IMG/VR virus record: IMGVR_UViG_3300042898_006838
Coordinates: 64,001-128,000 of that record
Source: a virus
Direction: 5' to 3' (one strand)
DNA: 64,000 bases
Position numbers and translations under genes: made by a program
Notes under the pieces: generated by a model
The model's database searches: none
What the model was told of the DNA's origin: nothing
What the model saw: only the letters and a program-made list of their open reading frames with translations
In this document: positions 29,443 to 39,609 of the stretch, piece after piece
Numbering within the stretch: position 1 is the stretch's first letter
Layout of the letters: each line of letters begins with the position of its first letter

Positions 29443-29668
29443 TCACAGCCTCCTCCATCTCCTCAAGAACACTTGCTTCGTCAGGCGACTGCCATTCGCC
29501 GTCGGGGTCAATGAACCAGCGACAGCTTTCGCAGGAGCTGCCGGCCCAGGACTCAAGGTCCTGCAGCAGCACCGACTCGCTGTCACCGTCGCCACCGGCG
29601 CAGTCGGGACAGAAAAAGGCCCCGTCACAGACGAGGCCAATCACTTCCCAGATCTTGCGGCCCACGGC

Positions 29669-30013
29669 CTAGGTCTTGACCCTGGACTCCGGCGGCAGGA
29701 TTGCTCGCCGAGCCAGGTCCTGTGGCAGGTCACGGACGATGACGTCCAAGACCTTGTCCGGGTCCATGTCCGCGCTGATGCCGGCACGAGCCATGGTCCC
29801 GCGGTCGACGTGGCCGCCGTGGGTCAGCAGGTGGGCGATACGGGCCCTGAGCGCCGACGTCTCCAGGGCCTCGGCGGTGGCCAGCAGCGTCTCCTCCCAA
29901 CGCCTCTGCTCCCTGTCGCTGGCGCAGATGCCGACGAATGCCGGGTGACGACTCCGCAGGTAGTCGCTGCCGGGGATGCGGTCTGTCTCTTTCGTTCCTG
30001 GCTTGATGCTCAT
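29669..30013 (-). CDS. Hypothetical protein
   Basis: Coupled to upstream nuclease. Confidence 0.5.
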   Translation of the reverse strand: MSIKPGTKETDRIPGSDYLRSRHPAFVGICASDREQRRWEETLLATAEALETSALRARIAHLLTHGGHVDRGTMARAGISADMDPDKVLDVIVRDLPQDLARRAILPPESRVKT

Positions 30014-31350
30014 GACTTGCTCCTGTCGCTGGCCGTGCGGACTCGCCCGGCCACCTGACGTTGTGGTTTCTCTGGCTTCACTGGCTTCGGCCCGGGCTTC
30101 ACGGCCGTCCGCTTCCTGGGCTTGAAGACGTCGAACTCTGTCTCGATCTCCTGCGAACGCGCCGGCTCCAGGGCCTTGTTCACGTCCTCGTGCTTGGCGA
30201 GCTTCTTCACTTCAGCGAGGTTCAGGCTCGTGAACTCGCTGAGCTTGTGACCCTCGACGACGCCGGTGTCGATGAGGCCTTTGATGATGCTCAGCGTCTT
30301 GTTCTTGTCGTAGCGCGTCATCTCGTGGGCGTTGAAACCGACCCCGGTCTCCTCGTCCAGGAGCACGACGCCGTGTTCCTGCGTGAAGGCACGCAGGGCC
30401 TTCTTCACACCCGCCACCCGCTCCTGGTTCACGATCAACCAGGCCGCAGCCTCCCTGGCGCTGACCATGTCCGTGGGCGTGGTCATTGACGGCTCCAGCA
30501 CCTTGTTGCCGGCGCTGCAGCTGGCCAGATATCGGCAGTACTGGCACTTCCCGAAACCAGGCTCTGGCTGGATCTTGTCTTCGGTGATCATGGACTTGAA
30601 ACGCGCCCGCATCTGCAGACGTGACCAGGCCAAGGCGATTTGCTCGCGGCTGAAGTCCACGATATCCGTGACCCCGTACTGGAAGTAGTAGATGCCGGCA
30701 CGGAAGCGTGTGAACTGCGGGTACTTGTGCATGGCCAGGGTCAGGTAGCCACACAGCTGCTCATCGGTCGACAGCTCGCTGTCGCTGAACATGGCCGGTC
30801 TGTTCTTGAAGTCGATGATCGTCAGCAGACCGTCACCGCTGTCCTCGGCGTAGTCGACGACGCCGCGCCATCCGTCTTCCGGACATGTGTCGAAGGGCAC
30901 GACGTTTCCCGCGGCGTCGATGGCCAGCTTCAGCTCGTTGCCAATCATCCGGTCGCGGATGAAGGCATTTCGCTCCTCGACCGTGATGTCGCTTGTGATA
31001 CGGAATCGGCGATAGAACGTGGCCATGCGCTCGTCGACGATGTCGACAGCCGAGATCATGTCACCGGCATCCTTCATCACCTCCTGGCTCACGGACAGCG
31101 AGCTCAGGTGACCGGAGACCTTGGCCTCGGCTGCCAGGGCCTGGGACGGAAGACCCAGGCCAGAGATAGCCCGCAGCTGCAGATCGGCTCCCGTGTGCAG
31201 TAGCGTGCCGAGACGTGTCCTGTCGATCTCCAGCAGCCTCTCCGGACGCGGCTCCGGTGGCAGCTTCAACACCTTCTCCTTGTACAGGGCCAGGGAGCAG
31301 GAACTGGCTCGGCTATAGGACCATGGTCCCTTGAGAACTGTCTTCGTCAT
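30010..31350 (-). CDS. PD-(D/E)XK exonuclease, Cas4/AddB-like with Fe-S cysteines
   Basis: WSYS..SC, GTLLH, GVVD..IIDFK, QLCGY, CQYC..C; start re-assigned to MTKTV. Confidence 0.8.
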   Translation of the reverse strand: MTKTVLKGPWSYSRASSCSLALYKEKVLKLPPEPRPERLLEIDRTRLGTLLHTGADLQLRAISGLGLPSQALAAEAKVSGHLSSLSVSQEVMKDAGDMISAVDIVDERMATFYRRFRITSDITVEERNAFIRDRMIGNELKLAIDAAGNVVPFDTCPEDGWRGVVDYAEDSGDGLLTIIDFKNRPAMFSDSELSTDEQLCGYLTLAMHKYPQFTRFRAGIYYFQYGVTDIVDFSREQIALAWSRLQMRARFKSMITEDKIQPEPGFGKCQYCRYLASCSAGNKVLEPSMTTPTDMVSAREAAAWLIVNQERVAGVKKALRAFTQEHGVVLLDEETGVGFNAHEMTRYDKNKTLSIIKGLIDTGVVEGHKLSEFTSLNLAEVKKLAKHEDVNKALEPARSQEIETEFDVFKPRKRTAVKPGPKPVKPEKPQRQVAGRVRTASDRSKS

Positions 31351-33074
31351 TTGATTGCCTCCTGAAACCAAGCGGGTAACTGCTTCTTGTTGGCGGATAG
31401 GAACCTGTTGAAACGACTGTCGAGAATGTAGGTACGGCAGCTGTCTTCGGCGCTGCGCATACCTCGTCCGTAGGTCTGAACCAGGGTCAGGCATGCACGC
31501 CAGTCGCTGAACCTGGGATCAATCTCCGAACGCGCCTTCACGCGCTTGCTCGGGTACTGGTAGGGCAGACGGATGATGATCTGGAAGCGGCACAGGTCGT
31601 CCTTGAAGTCGTAGCCCTCGGTGAGCCCGACTCCGACCAGCACCGCGTCCTTTGCATCGCCTCCGGACAGGAACTTGTTCACCACCGACACCCTGTCGTC
31701 CTTGCCGTGCCAGACGAACCTCTTCTTCTCCAGCACCGCCGACAAGGCCTCAGACATCTGGTAGCTAGTGCAGTGCACCACGCCCCTGACGCCCCTGTTC
31801 TCGTCGACGATCTCTGAGATGGCTTTCGACAAGGCCTCGAAGTTCCCCTCGTAGCCCTTGAAGCCCATGTCCCCGACGTACCTGCGGATCAAGGGCCTCC
31901 TGTCAGCCGGGAACGTGCTGGGTACCGACAGGTGCCTGGTGTTCTCGGTGCTGAGGTTGACGCTGCGGCTGAAGGCCTTGTCTCCGTCCAGGAACGTGGC
32001 GGAAAGAAGCAGGCGCTTGTGCCCCCACTTCAACAACGCCTCCTTGACGAAGCGTCCGGCCTTCACCGGCTCCAGCCTGACGCTGTCGCTGCCGATCTCA
32101 GCCACCCAGGGCATAGGCGACTTACCGTTGTTGCTGGCGACGTAGCGGCCGATGCGCTGCTTGATGTCCGTCGCCTTCTTGACCATGTCCGCCAGGTGCT
32201 TGAGGTTCGCGCCGGCACCGGGCCTGTGGCTGGCCTGGTAGCTGACACGCTCGTTGGACAGGTCCTGGCTGAGTTTTACCAGCCTGTCGTCAAGGCTCTT
32301 GCTCACGACCTGGACCCAGGCTGACACCACCCTCGCGTCGTCACTGGCCGGCGTGGTCCATGGCAGGCCCAGAAACCTGAATGCCGGTGACATCAAGTCC
32401 ACGGACGCAAAGGACACGATCTTGTCCTCGATGTTGTGAGCCTCATCGAGAGTGATCAGGGCCCGTGGAGACGGGAAGGCGCCGCCGAGCGTGCACTGGC
32501 TGAGGAAGCTGTCGAAGTTATGCAAGGCAATCGGCGTCCAGCGAGCCGTGTCCTTGGCGTCTTGGTACGAGCACTTGCCGGCTCCGCAGCCGGCGCTGCC
32601 GTAGAAGAGGTCGGCGTCGTGGCAGCTGAAGTCATGCAATCCTCCGGAAGACGACCCCATCAGCGACAACGTGTCTCTCGGATCCTTGCTGCACGGATAG
32701 TTGCCCTTGCCTTTGATCAGCGACACGAGGCCGCGGGTCTTGAGGTAGGCGTCCTGCAGTAGCTTCATGCTGGTGATGACGTGAGCCTGGCCCGGGGCCA
32801 TGATCGCGTAGGCCTCGTCAACCGCGTTCTTTGGCAGGAATCGAGCTCGGTGCAGGAGTGCGGGAAAGCCGTGGGTCATGTACAGAGCCACGGTCTTGGC
32901 GATGTCAGTCTTGCCGCTGCCCGTGGGCGCCTCGATGACCACGGTGTCGGTGTCCGAGTCCACCAGGGCCTGAAGCGCGTCACGGATGACTTCAAACTGA
33001 TGCCGTCTGTAGCTCGGCCCGCCACCGGCGGTACGGTGTGGGAAAAGCTCATGAATCAAGTTCTCGTCAATCAC
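31347..33074 (-). CDS. DinG/YoaA-family helicase
   Basis: EAPTGSGKT, KGKGNYPC Fe-S region, DEAH, LSAT, EGYDF, QTYGRGMRS..D. Confidence 0.9.
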   Translation of the reverse strand: MIDENLIHELFPHRTAGGGPSYRRHQFEVIRDALQALVDSDTDTVVIEAPTGSGKTDIAKTVALYMTHGFPALLHRARFLPKNAVDEAYAIMAPGQAHVITSMKLLQDAYLKTRGLVSLIKGKGNYPCSKDPRDTLSLMGSSSGGLHDFSCHDADLFYGSAGCGAGKCSYQDAKDTARWTPIALHNFDSFLSQCTLGGAFPSPRALITLDEAHNIEDKIVSFASVDLMSPAFRFLGLPWTTPASDDARVVSAWVQVVSKSLDDRLVKLSQDLSNERVSYQASHRPGAGANLKHLADMVKKATDIKQRIGRYVASNNGKSPMPWVAEIGSDSVRLEPVKAGRFVKEALLKWGHKRLLLSATFLDGDKAFSRSVNLSTENTRHLSVPSTFPADRRPLIRRYVGDMGFKGYEGNFEALSKAISEIVDENRGVRGVVHCTSYQMSEALSAVLEKKRFVWHGKDDRVSVVNKFLSGGDAKDAVLVGVGLTEGYDFKDDLCRFQIIIRLPYQYPSKRVKARSEIDPRFSDWRACLTLVQTYGRGMRSAEDSCRTYILDSRFNRFLSANKKQLPAWFQEAIK

Positions 33075-33108
33075 GTGGCGCGCTCCAGGTCATGTTGTTG
33101 TCAGCCCT

Positions 33109-33939
33109 TCAGAAGGGCAAATCGTCGTCTGCACCGTAGGCCGCGGCATCCGGGCCCTTGGGCTCGGCGGCCGCGCTGTTGCGTCCGCCGGTGGTCACGA
33201 ACTGAACTCCGAATGGCCTGGCCGTGATGGTCAAGCGCTTCGGCGCCTTGCCCTTGACCAGGAAATCCGCCTCGCGAACACCGAGTTCGCCGTTGACGTA
33301 GACCTGATCGAAGTGCTTCAGGTTCGCACCCAGGAACTCTGCCTGCGGTCCGAATACTCCGACATCGAACCAGATCGGATCTCCATCCTTCTTCCGTGGA
33401 TCGTTGTAGGCCAGGGTCAGGAAGCAGTTCTTCCTGTCCGTGCCGCCCACCCTTGGTCCAGTCTGACCTTCGTCACGCTTCTTCTTGCTGACGATGAAAC
33501 GACCGAGGACCATGATCTCGTTACGGCACATGCCGTCGTCAGGTGGGTTATCGATGTCGTCAAGAGTAGCCGACACCAGACCAACTCCGTCGCCATCAAC
33601 CTGCAGTCGGTTCAGCTTCTTCTTGTCACCCTGGTCATCGGTGACTTCGCGGTTGACGACGAAGGCGTTGGCTCGGAAGTAGTCTCCGGCCTTGGCCTTG
33701 GCTGCCAGGCTCTGGCTGTCACCAAAGCAGTCGACGGTCACCGGCACCCACTGCATCTTCCCATCCTTCTTGTAGGACGGGATCAGCAACGGGACCATGG
33801 TGTACTTGCCGGCTGCGCTCTTCGGCGTGTCGCGGACCCGACCGATGATGAACGCGCGGTTCTCGTTGAGGCTGATCGCGCTCTTCTTTTCCCCGCCGCC
33901 GCCGCCGCCGCCGTCACTGCCAGTGTTGTCTTCAGTCAT
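33109..33939 (-). CDS. ssb: Single-stranded DNA-binding protein, two OB folds
   Basis: Two N..I/V.GR..W..V..FG repeats and a DDDLPF C-terminus. Confidence 0.75.
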   Translation of the reverse strand: MTEDNTGSDGGGGGGGEKKSAISLNENRAFIIGRVRDTPKSAAGKYTMVPLLIPSYKKDGKMQWVPVTVDCFGDSQSLAAKAKAGDYFRANAFVVNREVTDDQGDKKKLNRLQVDGDGVGLVSATLDDIDNPPDDGMCRNEIMVLGRFIVSKKKRDEGQTGPRVGGTDRKNCFLTLAYNDPRKKDGDPIWFDVGVFGPQAEFLGANLKHFDQVYVNGELGVREADFLVKGKAPKRLTITARPFGVQFVTTGGRNSAAAEPKGPDAAAYGADDDLPF

Positions 33940-33964
33940 GTTCAAGCTCCCTTCGTTGTTGGAA

Positions 33965-35119
33965 TCAGAAGTCCAGGTCATCGGCGTCGATGAGGTCGTC
34001 CCCAGCGTCGCCCGGGCCCCAGTTCTTGCCCGTTGTCGCCGGCGCAGTGCCACCGGCTTCCGTCCTCAGCTCTGTGAGCATGGCTCCGAGGTCTCCCTCG
34101 TGCTTATTCTCCAAGAGCCTCATGCGCGCGGACGTGTAACCGAGCTTGCTGGCCAGTGCCGCAACCTCGCTCTGCACGGCCGTGGCGTCGACTTCGACTG
34201 ACTCTTCAGCCGCCGCCGCCGCCATGTCGTCACTGACGTCATCGTCACCGTCGACAGCCATGTCGTCACCCATGGCCATGGGAGTGAAGACCGTGCGGCC
34301 GACAGGGGCCTTTACGTCATGCCCAGCCAAGGCCTCTGACAGCGTCCGACGCATCGTCATCTCCTCGATGGCCAGGCGCTTCAGCTCGCTCAGCGGCCCG
34401 TCGAAGTCGAAGGTCATGACCGGAATGCGCCGGTTCTGACCGTCTGCCTGACGGATGTCGATGAGATGCTGCCTGAACATCAACGGGATGCCGGACAGCA
34501 CGCCGCCGGTTACGCGTGAGATAGCGTTAAGGCTGCTGACCATGGACATGATCGAGTAGTAACTGCGCGTGCGGTGCACGCTTCTACTCGGAAACACGGG
34601 CCGGTGGATCAGCTGCATGTTCACGATAGCTCGCCAACCGCAGTCGCTCTTCTCCCCGTTCTTCGCCCACATCGGACACTCGCGATTGCAGTCCACGTCC
34701 TGGGGCTGTGGATGCATCTTCAGCGTCTTGTTCTTGGCGTAGGCCTTGACGTCAGCGACCTGGCTGGCTTTCTGAGATCCGTAGGCGCTGCTGCACATAC
34801 GTCCGCGTCCGGTGTAGAAAGCCCGCTCCAAGTAGATGATGCCGTCGTCGCCCTGGACCTTGTCGGTGGTCACGAACACGGGGATGGCTTTGACGTCACT
34901 GGTCCAGTTGGCCTCGTTGAGACCCTGGTGCCTGGCAGCCGCCTTCATCACCTGCTCGTCGACGTCGAACTTCTTCGTTGCCGGGTTGCGTGTGGGAAGG
35001 CGAACGCGAGGCGGGGTCTTGATGGGTGCGCTGCCCCCCATCTCACCGCCTCTGATGCCTCGGAATTCGATCAGGTAGTGCGGGTCGTCGAACCCGCTTT
35101 CAACTTCTTTCGTTGGCAC
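33965..35119 (-). CDS. Putative recombination protein (Cys-containing, acidic DDLDF tail)
   Basis: Next to SSB; acidic C-tail; family not certain. Confidence 0.45.
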   Translation of the reverse strand: MPTKEVESGFDDPHYLIEFRGIRGGEMGGSAPIKTPPRVRLPTRNPATKKFDVDEQVMKAAARHQGLNEANWTSDVKAIPVFVTTDKVQGDDGIIYLERAFYTGRGRMCSSAYGSQKASQVADVKAYAKNKTLKMHPQPQDVDCNRECPMWAKNGEKSDCGWRAIVNMQLIHRPVFPSRSVHRTRSYYSIMSMVSSLNAISRVTGGVLSGIPLMFRQHLIDIRQADGQNRRIPVMTFDFDGPLSELKRLAIEEMTMRRTLSEALAGHDVKAPVGRTVFTPMAMGDDMAVDGDDDVSDDMAAAAAEESVEVDATAVQSEVAALASKLGYTSARMRLLENKHEGDLGAMLTELRTEAGGTAPATTGKNWGPGDAGDDLIDADDLDF

Positions 35120-35127
35120 TGGTCACC

Positions 35128-35616
35128 TCACATTTCGTCGAAGAGATCGTTGTCGCTGACTTGAGGAGGAGCAGCGTCTCGGTCCGGTTCGTCTGCCGCC
35201 TCCGTCTTCTCCGTTTCCTTGGCCTTGGTCTTGGTCTTGGTCTTTGGCTCCGGCTTCGGCTCTTCCTTCTCCTCCTCTTCCTCCTCCTTCTCATCATCAC
35301 CAGACGCCGTCGCCGTCGCCGCTGCCGTGTCGCTGGCTTTGGTCTCGGTCGTCTTCGAGCCGCGGGCTTTGGGCGGCTCGACCTTCTCCAGGTAGCCGCT
35401 GACGGCCAGGGCGCAGTCCGGGCACAGCCACTCGAAGAAGACGCGCTTGTGCTCGCCACCGGGCACGGCGACGACGGCCGCACACATCGCTTCCGTCTTG
35501 TCGGCACGGGCCGCGAACTTCTCGTAGAACGAGATCTGCGCCTCATCCGTCACCGGCCGATGCTTCTTGCACCGGTCGCAGTTGATGTTGACGCCAGTCT
35601 TGATCAATCCACCCAT
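35128..35616 (-). CDS. Zn-finger protein with acidic/Lys low-complexity tail
   Basis: CDRC..CPDC. Confidence 0.55.
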   Translation of the reverse strand: MGGLIKTGVNINCDRCKKHRPVTDEAQISFYEKFAARADKTEAMCAAVVAVPGGEHKRVFFEWLCPDCALAVSGYLEKVEPPKARGSKTTETKASDTAAATATASGDDEKEEEEEEKEEPKPEPKTKTKTKAKETEKTEAADEPDRDAAPPQVSDNDLFDEM

Positions 35617-35624
35617 ACGTCCTC

Positions 35625-35849
35625 CTAACCGTCGTCAACGACGACGTCTTCGTCCCTGGAGATCAGGGACTTGATTTTATCCAAGACCCTGACGACGTCA
35701 GGGCCTGTGATCTGAACTCCGAACCTGACCTGGAACCGGCGGCCTATCTCAGTGACCATCGCCGCCTCGGTATCGAAGGCCGTGGCTCCGGTCATGGCCA
35801 GCAGCGCCAGGACAACTGCTTCTCGCTCACTCAGGTCGAGTCTCTTCAC
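35625..35849 (-). CDS. Hypothetical protein
   Basis: ORF track. Confidence 0.4.
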   Translation of the reverse strand: MKRLDLSEREAVVLALLAMTGATAFDTEAAMVTEIGRRFQVRFGVQITGPDVVRVLDKIKSLISRDEDVVVDDG

Positions 35850-36018
35850 AACTGGTTATCACGCATCTTGAGAACCAATTTCTTCAGCGACTTCATCTTC
35901 AACTTCCTCTTCAATGACCACGGCGAAGGGGTCGTTGAGTGGCTTGATGTTTGGATCGAATGGATCGGCATCCCGCTTCTTCTCGCCAACAGCCGGTCCG
36001 AAAGGGTTGTGGTCGTCA

Positions 36019-36273
36019 TCACGTTCGACGGACATATTCGCTCCGTCGCTGGAAGACCTCATCGTTCTGCAGCCTGATCAGGCACACCGTCGACAGGTCG
36101 ACGGCGTTGTTGCTGCCGTCGCTGTCCACGAGTGTGATCGTGGACGTTCCGCCTTCCCAGGCGTCGATGATTTCCTTCGACTCGTGGCTGACGACGTTGC
36201 GAACCCATACGGCCTTGTCTCGGCCGATGAATGAGAACTCAACATGTACTGGCTCCTTGCTACTCATAGACAC
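36019..36273 (-). CDS. Hypothetical protein
   Basis: ORF track. Confidence 0.45.
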   Translation of the reverse strand: MSMSSKEPVHVEFSFIGRDKAVWVRNVVSHESKEIIDAWEGGTSTITLVDSDGSNNAVDLSTVCLIRLQNDEVFQRRSEYVRRT

Positions 36274-36280
36274 CTCGCTT

Positions 36281-37483
36281 TCAACGTACGCCGCGTGGCA
36301 TGACCACGACGGCTACTGAGTTTTTTTCGTCGTGAATCTGCATAGGCATCCCCTGCATGCCGTCGACGGGTTCAGCCCACATGACCTTGACCGTGTCGGC
36401 GGTGAGAGCCGACAAGGCCTTGGTCAGGTACAGGGAGAAGAAGGCCACTCCGTTGAGGAACTGGAGACCGGAGACGTCAGACTTCGTGACCGACCCCGGC
36501 TGCCAGTTCAGGACCTGCTCGACATGAATCCCGTGCCCGGCAATGTCGCTGGGGTAGTGGCTGACGAGGTTCATCTCGTCGTCGTCTGGATCCACCATCA
36601 CGCGCACCGCCGCTCCCAGCTTCTTCTCGTCGGCGCTCACCGAGCCGCCGAGAATGCGCCTGCAGATCTCCAGCATCTCCTGCCTCTGCACGTAGACCCA
36701 GTGGACCCTTGTCTTCTTCTGCCCGGCGAACAGGAACTGGCCACTGGCGTCCGGCGCGTAGACGAAGGGCTTCAGGCCCGTGTACTTGCTAGCCGTCAGC
36801 CTCACCCACACGCACCAGTCACTGCCTCGGAGCCAAAGCGATCCGGGGTCGGCAGACATCTTCAGGTTCTTGTCGCCACCGCCGATAAAGGCCCTGAGCT
36901 TGACCCAGGCCTGTGCCGGAACGATGACGTCTGACCCAGGTGGCACGATGGCCTTGCCGATGCGGGCCATGACCTTGGTGTCCGTGGCCTCGGATCCGTC
37001 TTCGCCCAGGTGGATGCTTGACCACTGGGGCATGTACGGGTCATCGCTGGCCGCCCAGAGCACGGACTTGACCACGCGCTGCATCTCCGCGTCGTCCACC
37101 GGCCACCAGGACTGCGGCTGCTGGAGGCTGGTGAAGTTGTCACCGGCCACCAGCGGCAACGTCATGTGCACGCCCGGTCCGCGAAAGGACAGTAGGCGGT
37201 CAGACGACGCGACGTTGAGGTCGATGTGATGCGGCAGCACCGACACCAGCTTGTCCAGGTGGTCGACGCCAACGGATACGACACCTGGCTCGTGTCCGGT
37301 GACGGGAACCGCCATCCTCGCCCCGCCGTCGGGTGACGAGATATCCAGCGTCATCAACCCCTTTTCCATGACCCTGAAGACTGCGTTCTTGTGAGCTGGT
37401 AGCAGGTCGCCGCTGCGAGCTCTGAACTGCAGAGCCCGCCTGCCGGCGTCGACCAGCTTGTCTGCCGGTATCTTTGCCTTCAT
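36281..37483 (-). CDS. dnaN: DNA polymerase sliding clamp (beta subunit-like)
   Basis: 400 aa three-domain pattern, ATD..MA, YL..AL, C-terminal VVMP clamp motif. Confidence 0.75.
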   Translation of the reverse strand: MKAKIPADKLVDAGRRALQFRARSGDLLPAHKNAVFRVMEKGLMTLDISSPDGGARMAVPVTGHEPGVVSVGVDHLDKLVSVLPHHIDLNVASSDRLLSFRGPGVHMTLPLVAGDNFTSLQQPQSWWPVDDAEMQRVVKSVLWAASDDPYMPQWSSIHLGEDGSEATDTKVMARIGKAIVPPGSDVIVPAQAWVKLRAFIGGGDKNLKMSADPGSLWLRGSDWCVWVRLTASKYTGLKPFVYAPDASGQFLFAGQKKTRVHWVYVQRQEMLEICRRILGGSVSADEKKLGAAVRVMVDPDDDEMNLVSHYPSDIAGHGIHVEQVLNWQPGSVTKSDVSGLQFLNGVAFFSLYLTKALSALTADTVKVMWAEPVDGMQGMPMQIHDEKNSVAVVVMPRGVR

Positions 37484-37534
37484 TGTCTCTCCCGATATGA
37501 GCTAATCGTCTTGCTCAACTTTGAGTGAATGTCA

Positions 37535-37955
37535 ACGTGTTCCTAGCTGACCTTCTTTTGACTTCCTCTCCGACAACCGATCGTTTGATCGTGCGAGGGG
37601 CCGCGCGCTCAGAGCGCGCGGCACCCCTACACACACGGCGTCGTCGGAGAAGAAGACTCCAAACCTGCGCCGGCGAGTCGCCGGCCGTGACATTCGAACA
37701 CGTGCTTTCTCATCCTGATCCCGCCGGTGTCGTTGTGGCTGTCCCAGGGAGCTTGCTCCCTGGGGCGAGGCCGCTGATAGGCGTCACCTGCGTTCTTGAA
37801 TCCGTCATCGGCGGCGAGTCGCCGCCGTCTCTGTCGATGAGACCTTCCTGATTCCAACATCTTGAGGACTTGGCTTTCGAATCAACGGAAAGCCAAGTCC
37901 CAAAGCCAATTCAGGCTGTCAGCGACGGCGAGACGCCGTCTCCTGTCGAAGGCCT
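37535..37955 (-). ncRNA. Array 1 of retron-like msr-msd units (3 units)
   Basis: CGGCG-AG(A/T)-CGCCG hairpins at 37671, 37812, 37926; each unit closed by its own inverted repeat; long variable hairpins between. Confidence 0.7.
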
Positions 37956-37959
37956 CTGT

Positions 37960-39609
37960 CTACTTCTGACCGAGCCAGCGCTCGACGACGGCCTTGTGGC
38001 CGATGGCGATGTCGGCTCGGCTCGGCAGCCTGACGACCATGCCCCAAGGCGGCACCGCCCCGTTGTGCGTGATCAGCCAGATGACCGGTACCCCGCGTGG
38101 CGGATTGGGGAACGGTGCGTAGCCATCGGTGGTCACGATACAGACGTCTGGCCGCATCTCCTCAGCCAGGGCCAGCGGCGCCGCGAAGTCGGTTCCGCCT
38201 CGTCCCTTGAACTCGGCCGCCCTCTTCACGGTGCTGCGGTTGATGGCAATAGGCGGTCCGTGCAGGCCGTGGTCGAAGTCCTGCACCTGCACTTGCACGT
38301 GACTCAGACGTGTCATGTGGAAGAGCTCGTTGTAGCTGACGGCCAGCTCCTCGTCGACGACGCTGCCGCTGGTGTCACGACACCAGAGAATCGACAGCCG
38401 TCTGTTCTTCTTGCTGCCGGGAGGAACATGCGTCTTCCTGTTGACCTTGGCGACGGTACTGCGCCTGGTGACGTGAACGTGCCTGGCCACGAACATGCGC
38501 AGGAGCTTCTCGAATGGAACGGCCTTCTCCCTCATGATCTCGTCGATCATGGTCAGGAGATCTCCAGGCATGTACCCGCGCATCTTTCCGCCTTCGCCTC
38601 GCGACTGCGCCGTCTGGTACGCGTGCCTGACCATGGCCTTGACGGCCTCGTGCACAACCTCCGGTGAGTCGTTCACGACACCCCACTGGCCATGATCGTC
38701 GAAGGACTGGAGCTCGCCTTCTCCGTCGCCCTCCTCGTCCCCCGGCTCCTTGCCTTTGCCAGGCTTACCGTCTTCACCCGGCTCACCTTCACCGCCCTTG
38801 CCATCGCCTGGCTTCTTGCCTTTGCCATCCTTACCGTCTCCCGGCTTGCCATCATCGCCGGGCTCGCTGTCGCCTGGCTTGCCGGCGCCAGGGTCGTCGC
38901 CCTTGGGCCTGGACATCATGATCTTGACGCTGACGCTCTTGAAGTACTGCGGGCTCTTCTCTCGAATCTGCTGAAGCAGCTCGTAGTACCTCTCCCACGT
39001 CTCCCGCTCCGGGAAGTTCCTCCAGTCCCTCTCCGCCTTGCCCTCCTCTGGAACGCGCAGCTTGCTGGGCATCAGCACCCAACCCGGCTGATCACCTTCG
39101 CTCTGGATCAGGCTGTCGACAGCCAGGTCCATGGCCACGTTGACCAGCGGATCCCGGTGCAGATCCCTATTCTTCCGACCCTGCTCGACGTGACCGTGGA
39201 TGCAGTGTCCGATTTCATGCTGCAGGAACCCGACGTTGTGCTTCAGGTTGTGGATGGCCATGAAGTCCGGGTTGTAGACCATCTCCACCCGCCCGTTCCT
39301 GACGCCGACGGCCAGGGTCGGGATCTCGTAGGTCTCACGCCTCACGATCTCGGCAAAGCAGTAGGCGTAGAACGGTCGGTTCTCCCGAAGCCACATCAGC
39401 GCCCACTCGAAGCTGTGCTGGTGACGAGGGTCCCCGGGCTCCACGCCCTTCTCGGCCATGATCCGCCGGTACGTGAACCGGCGCCCGGAGACCACGGCCT
39501 TGACAGCCTCCTCCACGCTCTCCGGCTTATCCGTTGACGGTGCATCCTCAAGAGTCCCGGGCTTGAGCCAGGGGCCAAGAGGTCCTTGGTCAGCTGCGTT
39601 TCTTGTCAT
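37960..39609 (-). CDS. DUF2201-like metallopeptidase + VWA domain protein
   Basis: HEIGH (HExxH), G/K/D/E-rich linker, DTSGS MIDAS, GRGGTDF, TDGY. Confidence 0.85.
   Translation of the reverse strand: MTRNAADQGPLGPWLKPGTLEDAPSTDKPESVEEAVKAVVSGRRFTYRRIMAEKGVEPGDPRHQHSFEWALMWLRENRPFYAYCFAEIVRRETYEIPTLAVGVRNGRVEMVYNPDFMAIHNLKHNVGFLQHEIGHCIHGHVEQGRKNRDLHRDPLVNVAMDLAVDSLIQSEGDQPGWVLMPSKLRVPEEGKAERDWRNFPERETWERYYELLQQIREKSPQYFKSVSVKIMMSRPKGDDPGAGKPGDSEPGDDGKPGDGKDGKGKKPGDGKGGEGEPGEDGKPGKGKEPGDEEGDGEGELQSFDDHGQWGVVNDSPEVVHEAVKAMVRHAYQTAQSRGEGGKMRGYMPGDLLTMIDEIMREKAVPFEKLLRMFVARHVHVTRRSTVAKVNRKTHVPPGSKKNRRLSILWCRDTSGSVVDEELAVSYNELFHMTRLSHVQVQVQDFDHGLHGPPIAINRSTVKRAAEFKGRGGTDFAAPLALAEEMRPDVCIVTTDGYAPFPNPPRGVPVIWLITHNGAVPPWGMVVRLPSRADIAIGHKAVVERWLGQK

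Noticed and set aside
37563-37655. tRNA-like cloverleaf
   Set aside because: No T-loop/D-loop consensus or CCA end; better explained as the variable part of array unit 3.
37525-37860. ORFs 37525-37851 (+) and 37627-37860 (-), plus 50646-50846 and the 5' extension of 50163-50519
   Set aside because: They overlie the hairpin arrays, lack an SD and have implausible composition; likely non-coding.
38730-38910. GKPGD-type low-complexity repeats
   Set aside because: Ordinary flexible linker typical of DUF2201/VWA proteins.
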